Of a stretch of 64,000 nt of DNA, positions 42,682-52,004 are shown in pieces. Location: assembly GCA_963422415.1 (NCBI GenBank), contig OY729430.1, positions 2,517,598 through 2,581,597 of the forward strand, read 5' to 3'. The stretch is from Caldilineaceae bacterium. GTDB taxonomy: Bacteria > Chloroflexota > Anaerolineae > Caldilineales > Caldilineaceae. Positions within the stretch are counted from its first letter, which is position 1, and each line of letters opens with the position of its first letter. The notes below the pieces were generated by a model that worked only from the letters and a program-made list of their open reading frames with translations, ran no database searches and was not told the origin of the DNA. The position numbers and the translations under genes are program-made.

Positions 42682-43284
42682 CTAAGCGACGACGCGCGCC
42701 GCCAAGTCGGAAAGATTCAATGCACCCGCGCCCTGCACCCGCCACGACACGGATTCACGGGGATCCCCGTCCGCTCTCTCCAAGGAGAACTGCATCTTGC
42801 CCAAGACTTGGGCGAAGAAGGAATGCACTGCACCCTCCACTTCATCCAGATTGGCGGCGGCGGAAGGGTACAGCAGGCGGTCCAGCAATGAGATCTCGAT
42901 ATGGCAAGGATCAATTGTCACATCCAAATCAGGTTCCGCCTCGAGTAGCTGTCCTGTCGTCAAGGACAGCGTCCAGATCTCCTGGAGCCGCCGCGCCAGT
43001 GGCTGAGTGTCGGTCAAGCGGCCATGCTTGCGCACATAATAGAAGCCCTGACATTCCGCGTCCGCCCGCGTGCCATTGTCCAATCCCAGATCCTCGGCAT
43101 GACCCACCAGCATTACGCCGGGCCCCGCAGGCACATGCTTGTAGTCCGCCACGTCGATCATGACGGTCGGGGTTTTCTCCTGTTGAATCCAGTCATGGAA
43201 CACCGGAATCACTCGCTCCAGATCCACAGGCCTGCTGGTCCGGGAAGTGCCAAATCGTATCTTGAGTCGTTGTGGCGCCTGCAT
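42682..43284 (-). CDS. Hypothetical protein (200 aa) embedded in the sulfur-assimilation operon
   Basis: Start trimmed to MQAPQRLKIRFG... (43284), because the longer ORF overlaps the sulfite reductase 3' end. I recognise no motif (…VIPVFHDWIQQEKTPTVMIDVADYKHVPAGPGVMLVGHAEDLGLD…). Confidence 0.6.
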   Translation of the reverse strand: MQAPQRLKIRFGTSRTSRPVDLERVIPVFHDWIQQEKTPTVMIDVADYKHVPAGPGVMLVGHAEDLGLDNGTRADAECQGFYYVRKHGRLTDTQPLARRLQEIWTLSLTTGQLLEAEPDLDVTIDPCHIEISLLDRLLYPSAAANLDEVEGAVHSFFAQVLGKMQFSLERADGDPRESVSWRVQGAGALNLSDLAARVVA

Positions 43285-43294
43285 AGTCGTAACT

Positions 43295-45631
43295 CTAGAG
43301 CTGAATGCCTTGCGATGCTTCCTGCGCCGCCATGCGTCCATCGCAGGCATAGGCGGCCTCGATGAAGAGATGAGCCTCTTCAATGGTTTCATGGGCTTGA
43401 TCGTGGGAGGGCTGCTCCAAACGCCGCTGATGGTGCTTGAAGAGATACTGGCCAAACTTGCCTTTGGCAAACTTGTCAAAGAACAGTTCAGTATCAAAAA
43501 ATCGTTCCCTGAACCGATTCACGATGTCCGCCTCGTCATGACCAATGTCCACCGCTTGGCCGCGCAACAGGGACCGTGCGCCCAATACCATGGCTTGGAC
43601 CGCTCTTTCATAGGCCACGTCGATTTGCCCTTCGTCCAGCGCCACCAGCGCTTCCAAGGCCTCCGCTTCGGCCCGGGAGACCTCCATGGTAAAAAGGGAC
43701 ACAACCTCTCCGGCACATTCCCCCACGCCAATGTCGCCAATCGTGAATTCCCGGGGGTCTCCCCAATCACTGTAATAGGAGGCATCGTCTTCGTAGAGGG
43801 GAATGGCGCTGAACGGTTTGAACAGGCTCCGAATCTCCTTTTTGCCGTAGCGTTGCACCCACTCCTGGAAACTCTCGCCTTCGTCGCGCTCCGTGTCGAA
43901 CTTCTTGGTCAGGACATGCAGAACATCAGGGACGGACCGGGAAGGCACTGCGCCCACGGGCAGACCGTAGCTGCCCGCGTTGTTCTTCCACTGCCCTCCC
44001 AGCACCACCTGGAAATGTGGAACCGTGCGCCGATTGCGGTGGCGGCTATTGCCGAAAAATCCGATATCCGCCACGTGATGCTGACCACAGGAGTTGAAGC
44101 AGCCGCTGATCTTGATCTTGAGGTTGCTGATCGAATCCGGCAACTCCTCCCGCTGCGCCGCCAGGCGCATGGACAATTCGCCGGCCAAACCCCGCGAGGA
44201 GGCAATGCCCAGTTTGCAGGTGTCCGTGCCGGGACAAGCCGTAATGTCATGAATGGCGCCGGCTCCCGGCGTTGCCATGCCCAAGCAGACCAGTTCGTCG
44301 TAGACCTCTTTCAAATCCTGATTGGCCACCCACCGCAGCACAATGTTCTGCTCCACCGTGGTGCGCAGATGCTCGCCCACGTAAGTACGGGCCAAGTCGG
44401 CCAACCCAAAGGCCTGCTGCGCAGTCAGATCTCCCAGCGGCAAATTGACATAGACCACCGAGAACCCGGATTGTCGTTGTGGATACACATTCGACTTGAG
44501 CCATTCTTGATAGTCTTCGTCGTCATGGAAGGCCTCGAGGGTGATGGGCTGATGCAGGGGCCGCTCCGCAAAGGATTCAATGGTGTCGAGAAAATCGTCC
44601 CATCTTTCGTCTTGGGGCATGACCGCCCGCTCCGCGTGAACCAACCGCGTAAATTCCTCGATACCCAGTTCCGCCACCAGAAACTTAATGCGGGCCCGGT
44701 TGCGGTTGCGCTTTTCTCCCAAGCGGGCGAAAACACGGCAGACAGCCTGCGCCAAGGGCAGAATCTCGGTTTCCGGCACGGCCGCGGCCAAGAGTTTGGC
44801 TTGATGGGGAATGGCGCCCAATCCTCCACCCACATACATGTCAAAGCTGCGCATGGAACGACCGTCCACTTCCCGGACTTGGGCCACAAAGCCCAAGTCA
44901 TGCAGTCCCACTAGACCACATCCTTCATGTGCGCAGCCTGAAAAGGCAATCTTGAATTTGCGCCCGAAGTCCTGCACATCGTCATGTCCCAGGAGGAAGT
45001 AGGTCAGGGCATCCGCATATGGTGTTACATCAAACACCTCGGTCCGACAGACTCCGGCCAATGGGCAGGCCGTCACGTTGCGAACCGAATTGCCACAGGC
45101 TTCGCGGGTGGTGATCCCCACGGCCGCCAGACGCCGCATCAGATCAGGCGTGTCTTCCACGTGCACAAAGTGCAACTGGAAATCCTGCCGGGTGGTAATG
45201 TGCAAGATGCCATCTGCATACTCGTCCGCCAACTGAGCCACCGTCTCCAGTTGATCCGGCTTCAAGCCGCCCCACGGCACCTTGATCCGTTGCATGCCGG
45301 GAGCGTCCCACAGGGTTTCGGGGCCCTTTGTGGCATCGCCCGAGGGGTACGACAGCTCCCGGTCCGTGATACCGTCATGTCGCTTGCCATTGTCGTAGCG
45401 TTGACCGTAAATGCCCCGCCGCAGCCGTGTCTCGGCAAGGACTTTCTCGTCCAAGTCGCCCCGCTGGCTTAGGACCATCTGCCCTTCAAACGTATCGATC
45501 TCGTTGCCCCACGTCTCGGGGATTTGAGATCCCAGTCTGCCTTTCCAGCTTGTCTCTTGCACTGCACCCATCTCCTTGTCCTGCGAAAGAGCCACGAGGC
45601 CCGACCTGTCAGTCCCAATGGCCTGCATCAA
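43295..45631 (-). CDS. Assimilatory sulfite (nitrite/sulfite) reductase hemoprotein, ferredoxin-type, long form with a ~190-aa C-terminal extension
   Basis: NIR_SIR repeats (ITTRQDFQLHFV, LRTTVEQNIVLRWV) and siroheme/4Fe-4S Cys clusters TACPGTDTCKLG and SGCFNSCGQHH. The extra C-terminal region starts near ...DIGVGECAGEVVS. The exact start is uncertain (MMQ at 45631 or MGAVQE a little downstream). Confidence 0.85.
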   Translation of the reverse strand: MMQAIGTDRSGLVALSQDKEMGAVQETSWKGRLGSQIPETWGNEIDTFEGQMVLSQRGDLDEKVLAETRLRRGIYGQRYDNGKRHDGITDRELSYPSGDATKGPETLWDAPGMQRIKVPWGGLKPDQLETVAQLADEYADGILHITTRQDFQLHFVHVEDTPDLMRRLAAVGITTREACGNSVRNVTACPLAGVCRTEVFDVTPYADALTYFLLGHDDVQDFGRKFKIAFSGCAHEGCGLVGLHDLGFVAQVREVDGRSMRSFDMYVGGGLGAIPHQAKLLAAAVPETEILPLAQAVCRVFARLGEKRNRNRARIKFLVAELGIEEFTRLVHAERAVMPQDERWDDFLDTIESFAERPLHQPITLEAFHDDEDYQEWLKSNVYPQRQSGFSVVYVNLPLGDLTAQQAFGLADLARTYVGEHLRTTVEQNIVLRWVANQDLKEVYDELVCLGMATPGAGAIHDITACPGTDTCKLGIASSRGLAGELSMRLAAQREELPDSISNLKIKISGCFNSCGQHHVADIGFFGNSRHRNRRTVPHFQVVLGGQWKNNAGSYGLPVGAVPSRSVPDVLHVLTKKFDTERDEGESFQEWVQRYGKKEIRSLFKPFSAIPLYEDDASYYSDWGDPREFTIGDIGVGECAGEVVSLFTMEVSRAEAEALEALVALDEGQIDVAYERAVQAMVLGARSLLRGQAVDIGHDEADIVNRFRERFFDTELFFDKFAKGKFGQYLFKHHQRRLEQPSHDQAHETIEEAHLFIEAAYACDGRMAAQEASQGIQL

Positions 45632-46304
45632 AGCTCAGTGACATCCAAAACCGTACCAGAAACGTACAAACGGCCCGCTGCTGGCGCTGGGCCGCTCCTA
45701 TTCAATTCATCTACGGGAATGTTTCCGTGACGAAGCCGACCCGACGTCTCGCTAGCGGTCTGGACAACACGGACACTCGCAAGGACAATCCCCATGCATC
45801 CACAAGATTTCATGCATGGCACCGGCGCCAAAGCCGCACTCAACCGCGGCTATACGTCGCATGGAAACCCCCAGAGGGCCTGCAGTGTTCAAGAACCGCC
45901 TCACGATTATTTGGACAATGTTATCACAGGATTGCCTGCCTTTCGCTGGCCAATTCAGGTGGTATATCCATTTGTCGTTCGGTCTTGTCCGATCTTGCCT
46001 GTACCCTTCATGCTCCAGTTCTGGAATGGCTTGGAAGCGTGGCCGCAGCCCCTTGAAATCCCATCCCACTGGGTACACGGAAGCCTGGAAAACAAGAAGC
46101 TCAAGGCACTCTTGCAATGGCGCCTCTCATCATGCATGAATCCACGGCGCCGCAGGCATGTTGAAGTTCTCTTCGAAATCTTCCCATTCTGCGGAGACAT
46201 CCCCAGCAGTTCGTTCGCCTCGCATTCTTGTGTAGGATTCGGGAGGTACCAAGGCATTCCACTGCCCCAATGGCATTTGCGCCTCAACAAGGAGACTGCC
46301 GTCC

Positions 46305-48020
46305 ATGACCTTCGATCCCATCACTCTGGAAATCCAATGGCAGCGATTGGTCAACATCGTGGACGAGATCGACAACGCGGTGATCCGCACTTCGTTCTCG
46401 ACCATTGTGGGTGAAAGCCACGATTTCGGTTGTGCGCTCATGGATGCCGAAGGATCCGGTCTGGCCCAGGCGCAATGGAGTCCACCCCAGTTCTGCACGA
46501 TGCTGCCGCGCACCACCAAGGCCATGCTGCAGCGATTTCCAGCGGCCACCTTGCAGGAAGGGGATGTCTTGGCCACCAACGATCCTTGGATTGGCAGTAC
46601 CCATCTGCCGGACTACAACCTGATATCGCCCGTATTCCACAAAGGCCGGCTGGTGGCTTTTCTGGGCACGGTGGCCCATGTCTCGGACGTAGGCGGACAC
46701 TTGGGGGATCTCGAGGCCCAAGACATGTTCATGGAAGGCACTCGCGTCATGCCCAACAAGTTTTACGCGGCAGGCAAGGTCGTGCCCATGATTGAAGAGT
46801 TCATTGCCGCCAACTGCCGCGTGCCCAACATGGTGCTGGGAGACTTGCACGCCATTGTGGGGACTCACCGCATGGGCGCCCAGCGTATCCGCGAGTTTCT
46901 GGATGACTATCGGATGGCCGACTTGGATGCACTGGCCTCCGAAATTCTGGACCGCAGCGAACATGCCCTGCGCTCCTCGATTCAGGATCTGCCCAACGGT
47001 CGGTCGGATTACTCCGTGACCGCCGACGGCTATCTGGAGCCCTTTACCCTGAATGTGCAACTTGCCGTGCGAGACAACGAGATCCACATGGACTTCGAGG
47101 GCACATCCCCCCAGCAATGGCATTCCGCCATCAATGCCGCCTTCAACATTAGCTACGCCACGGCGGTCTATCCCATCAAGGCCATGCTGGCTCCGCACAT
47201 CTTCAACAACGACGGTCTCATCCGGCCCATTCGCATGACTGCACCGGAAGGCTCTATCGTGAATTGCACCTTCCCGGCGCCCGTGGCCGCCCGGGCCAAG
47301 GTCATCAAGCACATTCCACCTCTCATCTTCGGAGCCCTGGCCGATCTGATGCCGGAATCCGTGATTGCCGCCGCCGGGGGCATCTTTCCCTTCCATGTCG
47401 TCGGCAAGGATGAACGCTTTGGCCCGCATGCCGTGCATATGTTGCCGCACGGAGGTCTCGGAGCCACACATGACGCCGATGGCCTGCTGCCCACCGCCTA
47501 TCCTCACAACAGTACCGTGACACCCACGGAGCTGATCGAGATCCAGTGTCCCCTCCTGATGACGCACAAGCGCCTGATCCCGGATTCCGGTGGACCAGGC
47601 CAATTTCGGGGCGGACTGGGCCAGGAAATCGGATTGCGCGCCACGTCGGCGCAGGGCACCACTCTTACCATTCGTCCCGATTTGATGAAATATCCAGCTG
47701 AAGGTCTGCGTGGCGGACAACGCGGCAGCGCCGGCGCTGTCATCATGAATGGCGAGCGCATGCACCGTTTCGTGCCTCATCCCTTCAAGCAAGGAGACGA
47801 AGTCATATTGCGCGTGCCGGGTGGCGGCGGGTATGGTCCGCCCACGGCACGGAAGCGGGAGGCCATACTGCGGGATATGGCCTTGGGGCTGGTGTCACCG
47901 GCGCATGTTCAAGCCGTCTATGATGTCTCGATCGCGCAGTCGGAGGACGAACTGGCTCATGCTGCATTACGGCAGGCTGTCACGCAGGTGCAGGCCCGGA
48001 GCCGCAAGATCCGATCATGA
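46305..48020 (+). CDS. Hydantoinase B / oxoprolinase-family protein (HyuB-like), with no adjacent HyuA
   Basis: 571 aa. ITLEIQWQRLVNIVDEIDNAVIRTSFSTIVGESHDFGCALMD, NDPWIGSTHLPDYNLISPVF, RVPGGGGYGPP. Confidence 0.85.
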   Translation: MTFDPITLEIQWQRLVNIVDEIDNAVIRTSFSTIVGESHDFGCALMDAEGSGLAQAQWSPPQFCTMLPRTTKAMLQRFPAATLQEGDVLATNDPWIGSTHLPDYNLISPVFHKGRLVAFLGTVAHVSDVGGHLGDLEAQDMFMEGTRVMPNKFYAAGKVVPMIEEFIAANCRVPNMVLGDLHAIVGTHRMGAQRIREFLDDYRMADLDALASEILDRSEHALRSSIQDLPNGRSDYSVTADGYLEPFTLNVQLAVRDNEIHMDFEGTSPQQWHSAINAAFNISYATAVYPIKAMLAPHIFNNDGLIRPIRMTAPEGSIVNCTFPAPVAARAKVIKHIPPLIFGALADLMPESVIAAAGGIFPFHVVGKDERFGPHAVHMLPHGGLGATHDADGLLPTAYPHNSTVTPTELIEIQCPLLMTHKRLIPDSGGPGQFRGGLGQEIGLRATSAQGTTLTIRPDLMKYPAEGLRGGQRGSAGAVIMNGERMHRFVPHPFKQGDEVILRVPGGGGYGPPTARKREAILRDMALGLVSPAHVQAVYDVSIAQSEDELAHAALRQAVTQVQARSRKIRS

Positions 48021-49435
48021 CAGCCGACTTGGCCATCACTGGCGGACTGATCATCAATCCCGCGTACGAGTCTGCCCATGCCTCGCGGCATGGCACGTTG
48101 GTCGTGGCAGGAGGCCGCATTGCCGCCTTCCTCGATCCAGCGGACAGACCACAGGCTCGACAAATTCTTGACGCCACGGGCATGCTGGTGCTTCCTGGAG
48201 GCATCGATCCGCATTTTCACTGTCGCGCGCCTTCGTTTCCCCAACGCGGCGATTTTGCCACGGAATCAAGAGCGGCGGCGGCGGGCGGTGTCACGACGAT
48301 CTTCGAGATGCCCATCTCCAAACCGGGAGTGGCCACTGCCAGTGCCTTGACCGCGCGCGGCGCCCTAGTGGAAAGAGATGCCTATGTAAACATCGCACTG
48401 TATGGGGCGCCAGGCCTGCTGGACGCGCGGGAGGTGCAAGGCATGGCGCAAGCCGGAGCCATTGCCTTCAAGCTTTTCATGACCGAGGCGCCGCCCGGGC
48501 GCGCGGATGAGTTTGACGGTCTCATTGCCCCCGACTTGGCGACCGTGGGAGCCGCGCTTGCCTTGACGCGGCGAACCGGTTTGCGCTGTGCCGTCCACTG
48601 CGAGGATCAAAGCCTCATCGATTGGTATTCCGACCAGGCCCGGAACTGCCCTGTGGCGGACTGGCAGCGTCATTTGATGTCCCGGCCGGCTGTTGCGGAA
48701 ACGGCGGCTCTCGCGGGTGTACTGCAGCTGGCGCAGGCGTTGCACGCGCCCGTTCACATCGTTCACGTCAGCGCACAGGCCAGTGTGGCCCTAGTGCAGG
48801 CGGCCAAGCAACAGGGAACCCCCGTCACGGCCGAAACATGCCCGCACTATCTGCTGTTTACCAACGAGGTCTTGGCACAGGTCGGCCCCTATGGCAAAAT
48901 CAACCCGCCGATACGCTCGCAGGCGGATCAGGATGCCTTGTGGAAGGGTTTGCATGGAGGGATTTTCGATTTCATCGCCACCGATCATGCACCTTTCACC
49001 GCCGCCGAGAAGGAAGCGACTTGGGGCCGCATGCTTGATGCACCGCCGGGACATCCGGGCGTAGAGGCGCTCGTGCCGCTGCTGTTGACTTGGGGGCTGG
49101 AAGGCAGGTTCCCCTTGGAACGCGTCGTGGAACTCATGGCATCCAATGCCGCCTGCAGCTTTGGTCTCTATCCCCACAAAGGGGTGTTGCGCCTTGGATC
49201 AGATGCCGACATTTGCGTATACGACCCACGGACGGCCACCACGCTGGAAGGGGGTTCCTGGCGGACCAAGGGGGCTGAAGCCAGCCGCTTGTACCAGGGA
49301 GTGCCCGTGCAGGGCTCTGTCCATGCCACCATCGTGGGTGGCCAAGTGGTCTATCAGGACGGCGCCGTAGTGGGCCGTCCCGGGAGCGGCGCTTGGCTAC
49401 GCCCCCGCCGGGCCGACCTGGAACGCCAGTCATGA
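48017..49435 (+). CDS. Cyclic amidohydrolase (allantoinase / dihydropyrimidinase / dihydroorotase superfamily)
   Basis: GGIDPHFH metal motif, AFKLFM (carboxylated-Lys position), VHCED, ATDHAP. ATGA-coupled to HyuB. Confidence 0.85.
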   Translation: MTADLAITGGLIINPAYESAHASRHGTLVVAGGRIAAFLDPADRPQARQILDATGMLVLPGGIDPHFHCRAPSFPQRGDFATESRAAAAGGVTTIFEMPISKPGVATASALTARGALVERDAYVNIALYGAPGLLDAREVQGMAQAGAIAFKLFMTEAPPGRADEFDGLIAPDLATVGAALALTRRTGLRCAVHCEDQSLIDWYSDQARNCPVADWQRHLMSRPAVAETAALAGVLQLAQALHAPVHIVHVSAQASVALVQAAKQQGTPVTAETCPHYLLFTNEVLAQVGPYGKINPPIRSQADQDALWKGLHGGIFDFIATDHAPFTAAEKEATWGRMLDAPPGHPGVEALVPLLLTWGLEGRFPLERVVELMASNAACSFGLYPHKGVLRLGSDADICVYDPRTATTLEGGSWRTKGAEASRLYQGVPVQGSVHATIVGGQVVYQDGAVVGRPGSGAWLRPRRADLERQS

Positions 49436-50523
49436 CTCTCGCCTGTGCACTGGTGGGATGTGGCGTCCGGGGTTCGATATGGGCCGAGGTCCTGATGGCA
49501 CACGAGGCAGTAAATCTGGTGGCGCTGGTCGATCCAGACATTACGCGCACACGGAGTTTGGCCACGCGCCTAGGTGGGACGATGTCCTGTCACGCCGCCT
49601 TGGTTCCCGATCCGACACAATGGGATTTCGTGGTCTTGGCCACTCCGCCCGAGATGCATTTCGCACAGGTTCAATTGTGTCTTGCACGGGGCATGCACAT
49701 TATCTGCGAAAAGCCTCTGGTGGAGGAATTCGGACGTGCCGTCGAGCTGGTGCGGATGGCGGAAGCGGCGGATCGTCTCCTGATGGTGGGCATGAATTTT
49801 CGCTACCTAGCTTCCAGCCAGTACCTGCGTCGCGCGGTACAAAAGGAACGGTTCGGCCCGCTGGGCTTCGGCCATTTCGATTACACCCGCCAGCGGGACG
49901 GGCGGCGCGCCGATCTGAACACCTATAGCCTCACCATGCGCTACCCCATGCTGCTGGAGCAGTCCGTACACCACTTGGATCTGCTGCGGTACTGTTACGG
50001 GGAGGACATTGTACGTCTGTGTGCCGACTCATGGAATCCCCCCGGCAGCGTATATCGCCACGACAGTTGTGTTTCCGTCCTGCTGGAACTTGTCTCTGGG
50101 GCCCGTGTCAATTATCTAGGCACCTGGACGGCGGGTTGGAATGGTATGGCCTTTTCTTGGCGCAGCGACTTTCGCCGCGGCGTGATTCTGCAGCGCAACC
50201 AGTTCGGCGATCTCGTGGAGTGCCATTTCGAACCGGAACTGGGCTTGACCGGATCTCGCTTCAAGGAACCCTCCGAGGCAGAACCTTGGCAACCCGTCGC
50301 CCTGCCTGATCAGCGCCCTTTCTACGATGACACCAGAGGCCTGCTGGACGAGTTGCTGAACTCGCTCCACCAAGGAATTCCTCTGCAGACCTCGGCCCGT
50401 GACCACTTGCAGACTCTCGCCATACTGGAATCCGTGATGCATGCGAGTGATCACCGCGTCTGGTCTGACATCTCCGGTGTCTTTGCAGCCCACAACGCCT
50501 CTGATCTGGGACGGACCGCGTGA
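49432..50523 (+). CDS. Gfo/Idh/MocA-family oxidoreductase
   Basis: Start set at MTLACALVGCGVRGSIWAEV (ATG 49432, ATGA overlap with the upstream stop). ICEKPLV motif. Confidence 0.8.
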   Translation: MTLACALVGCGVRGSIWAEVLMAHEAVNLVALVDPDITRTRSLATRLGGTMSCHAALVPDPTQWDFVVLATPPEMHFAQVQLCLARGMHIICEKPLVEEFGRAVELVRMAEAADRLLMVGMNFRYLASSQYLRRAVQKERFGPLGFGHFDYTRQRDGRRADLNTYSLTMRYPMLLEQSVHHLDLLRYCYGEDIVRLCADSWNPPGSVYRHDSCVSVLLELVSGARVNYLGTWTAGWNGMAFSWRSDFRRGVILQRNQFGDLVECHFEPELGLTGSRFKEPSEAEPWQPVALPDQRPFYDDTRGLLDELLNSLHQGIPLQTSARDHLQTLAILESVMHASDHRVWSDISGVFAAHNASDLGRTA

Positions 50524-50840
50524 ATTTCACAAAGTGGTGGTGGCGTGCCGTTTCGGCAAGAACGTGCTTGTACCTGCACGTAGGAGGCGTGGTTTCAGGG
50601 ACTCCCGCCAAATCGCTCCATCATGTCTTCGCGTCCCGCCTTGGAAAAAAATGGCGGAGCGGTTCTGCCAGGGCATGTCCTGGTCCGCCACGCTTTCTAA
50701 GGATCGCGTAATGTCAAGTGTTTTGATCCCATTGCATCAAAGACCCTGGGCATTCCGGAATGCGGGAAATTGCAGGATGCCCGATTCGAATTGGGACAAA
50801 CAGGCCTATGCCTTGCAAGCAGCAGCACGAAAAAAATGCG

Positions 50841-52004
50841 ATGAATAGAGTCACGATTCCGGATCTCGCCGAGCGGGACAGACGCTTGGCCCGCATAAGG
50901 ACCGCCATGACTCACATGGATCTCGATGGTCTGCTGGTGGCCGGCAAGGGTCACTGGTGGACCGGCCGCGGCTATTTTCGGTATCTCACCGACTTTCACA
51001 TTTGGGGACATGACGGCTTGATCTTCATTCCATGCCAGAATGATCCCTTCCTGACTTTCAGCTCCCATGCCGTGGCGGAGCGCATCGGCGATCGTGGTTG
51101 GATTACGGATGTCCAAGGCGACGTCTACATCGCGCCCCGCATGGCGACGGAGTGCAAGGCCCGCGGTTTTGGCCGGTCCCGCATCGGCGTGGCCGGGCAT
51201 CAGTTTATTCTGGGAGCGGGCACCATGGAGACCCTGACTGCCGAGATGCCCGACGCGGAATTCCTGGTGGCCGATGATCTCCTGAATCGGGTGCGGGCCA
51301 TCAAGAGTGATCTGGAAATGCAACAGGAATTCGAGCTTTGGGACTTGGCCAAGTCCGCCATGGAACGCTTTGTCGAGGTGATCCGTCCCGGGGCCACCCA
51401 ACGCGAACTGGCTGCCGAAGCCTGTCGTGTAGCTTGGGCGGGTGGAGCCCGCGACATTCTGGTTTTCATCGGCGAACGCCCTGGCGAACATGAAGTGCCC
51501 CAGGCTGTTCCGCTGCGTTGTGACGACATCGTGCGCTACCACATGGAAATCTTGGGGCCGGGTGGGCACTGGTGTGAATTAACCGTGAATTGTGCATTCC
51601 GGACTCCCACCGAACTGGAGTTGAAACTCATGGACAGTGAGCTGCAGGCGTTCGAGCGCATCCGGGCCGCGGCCGTGCCAGGGACGCGCCTGAATGATCT
51701 GGCGAGCATCTTCGAACACACCTTGCAGAAGCAGGGCTGGACACTGGGAGCGCCTACCCAGCATTTCGATTTCCATGGTCAGGGCATGGACACGATTGAA
51801 TATCCTTGGTATTCCGCGGCGAAAGGCTGGGGCGCCAGCCAAGACTGGCCTCTGGAGGCGGGCATGGTGTTCTCCTATCACCCACGACGCAACCTTGTTA
51901 ACGGACCGAGCTGGAGCACGGGTATCAACGAGGACATTCGGATCACTGCCACGGGCGCCGAGACCTTCAGCGGAGACTGGAATCACCGCTGGCGACATAT
52001 GTGA
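50841..52004 (+). CDS. M24-fold (creatinase/prolidase-like) protein with non-canonical metal-ligand positions
   Basis: Start set at MNRVTIPDLAERDRRLARIRTAM (typical creatinase/prolidase N-domain opening). The pita-bread C-domain is recognisable (FHGQGMD, GMVFSYHP, GINEDIRIT). Confidence 0.75.
   Translation: MNRVTIPDLAERDRRLARIRTAMTHMDLDGLLVAGKGHWWTGRGYFRYLTDFHIWGHDGLIFIPCQNDPFLTFSSHAVAERIGDRGWITDVQGDVYIAPRMATECKARGFGRSRIGVAGHQFILGAGTMETLTAEMPDAEFLVADDLLNRVRAIKSDLEMQQEFELWDLAKSAMERFVEVIRPGATQRELAAEACRVAWAGGARDILVFIGERPGEHEVPQAVPLRCDDIVRYHMEILGPGGHWCELTVNCAFRTPTELELKLMDSELQAFERIRAAAVPGTRLNDLASIFEHTLQKQGWTLGAPTQHFDFHGQGMDTIEYPWYSAAKGWGASQDWPLEAGMVFSYHPRRNLVNGPSWSTGINEDIRITATGAETFSGDWNHRWRHM

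Noticed and set aside
43247-44914. 555-aa plus-strand ORF
   Set aside because: It is antisense to the sulfite reductase gene, which carries the siroheme/Fe-S Cys motifs.
46284-47792. 502-aa minus-strand ORF
   Set aside because: It is fully antisense to the HyuB gene, which has strong family motifs. Its translation is Gly/Arg/His-rich with no motifs.
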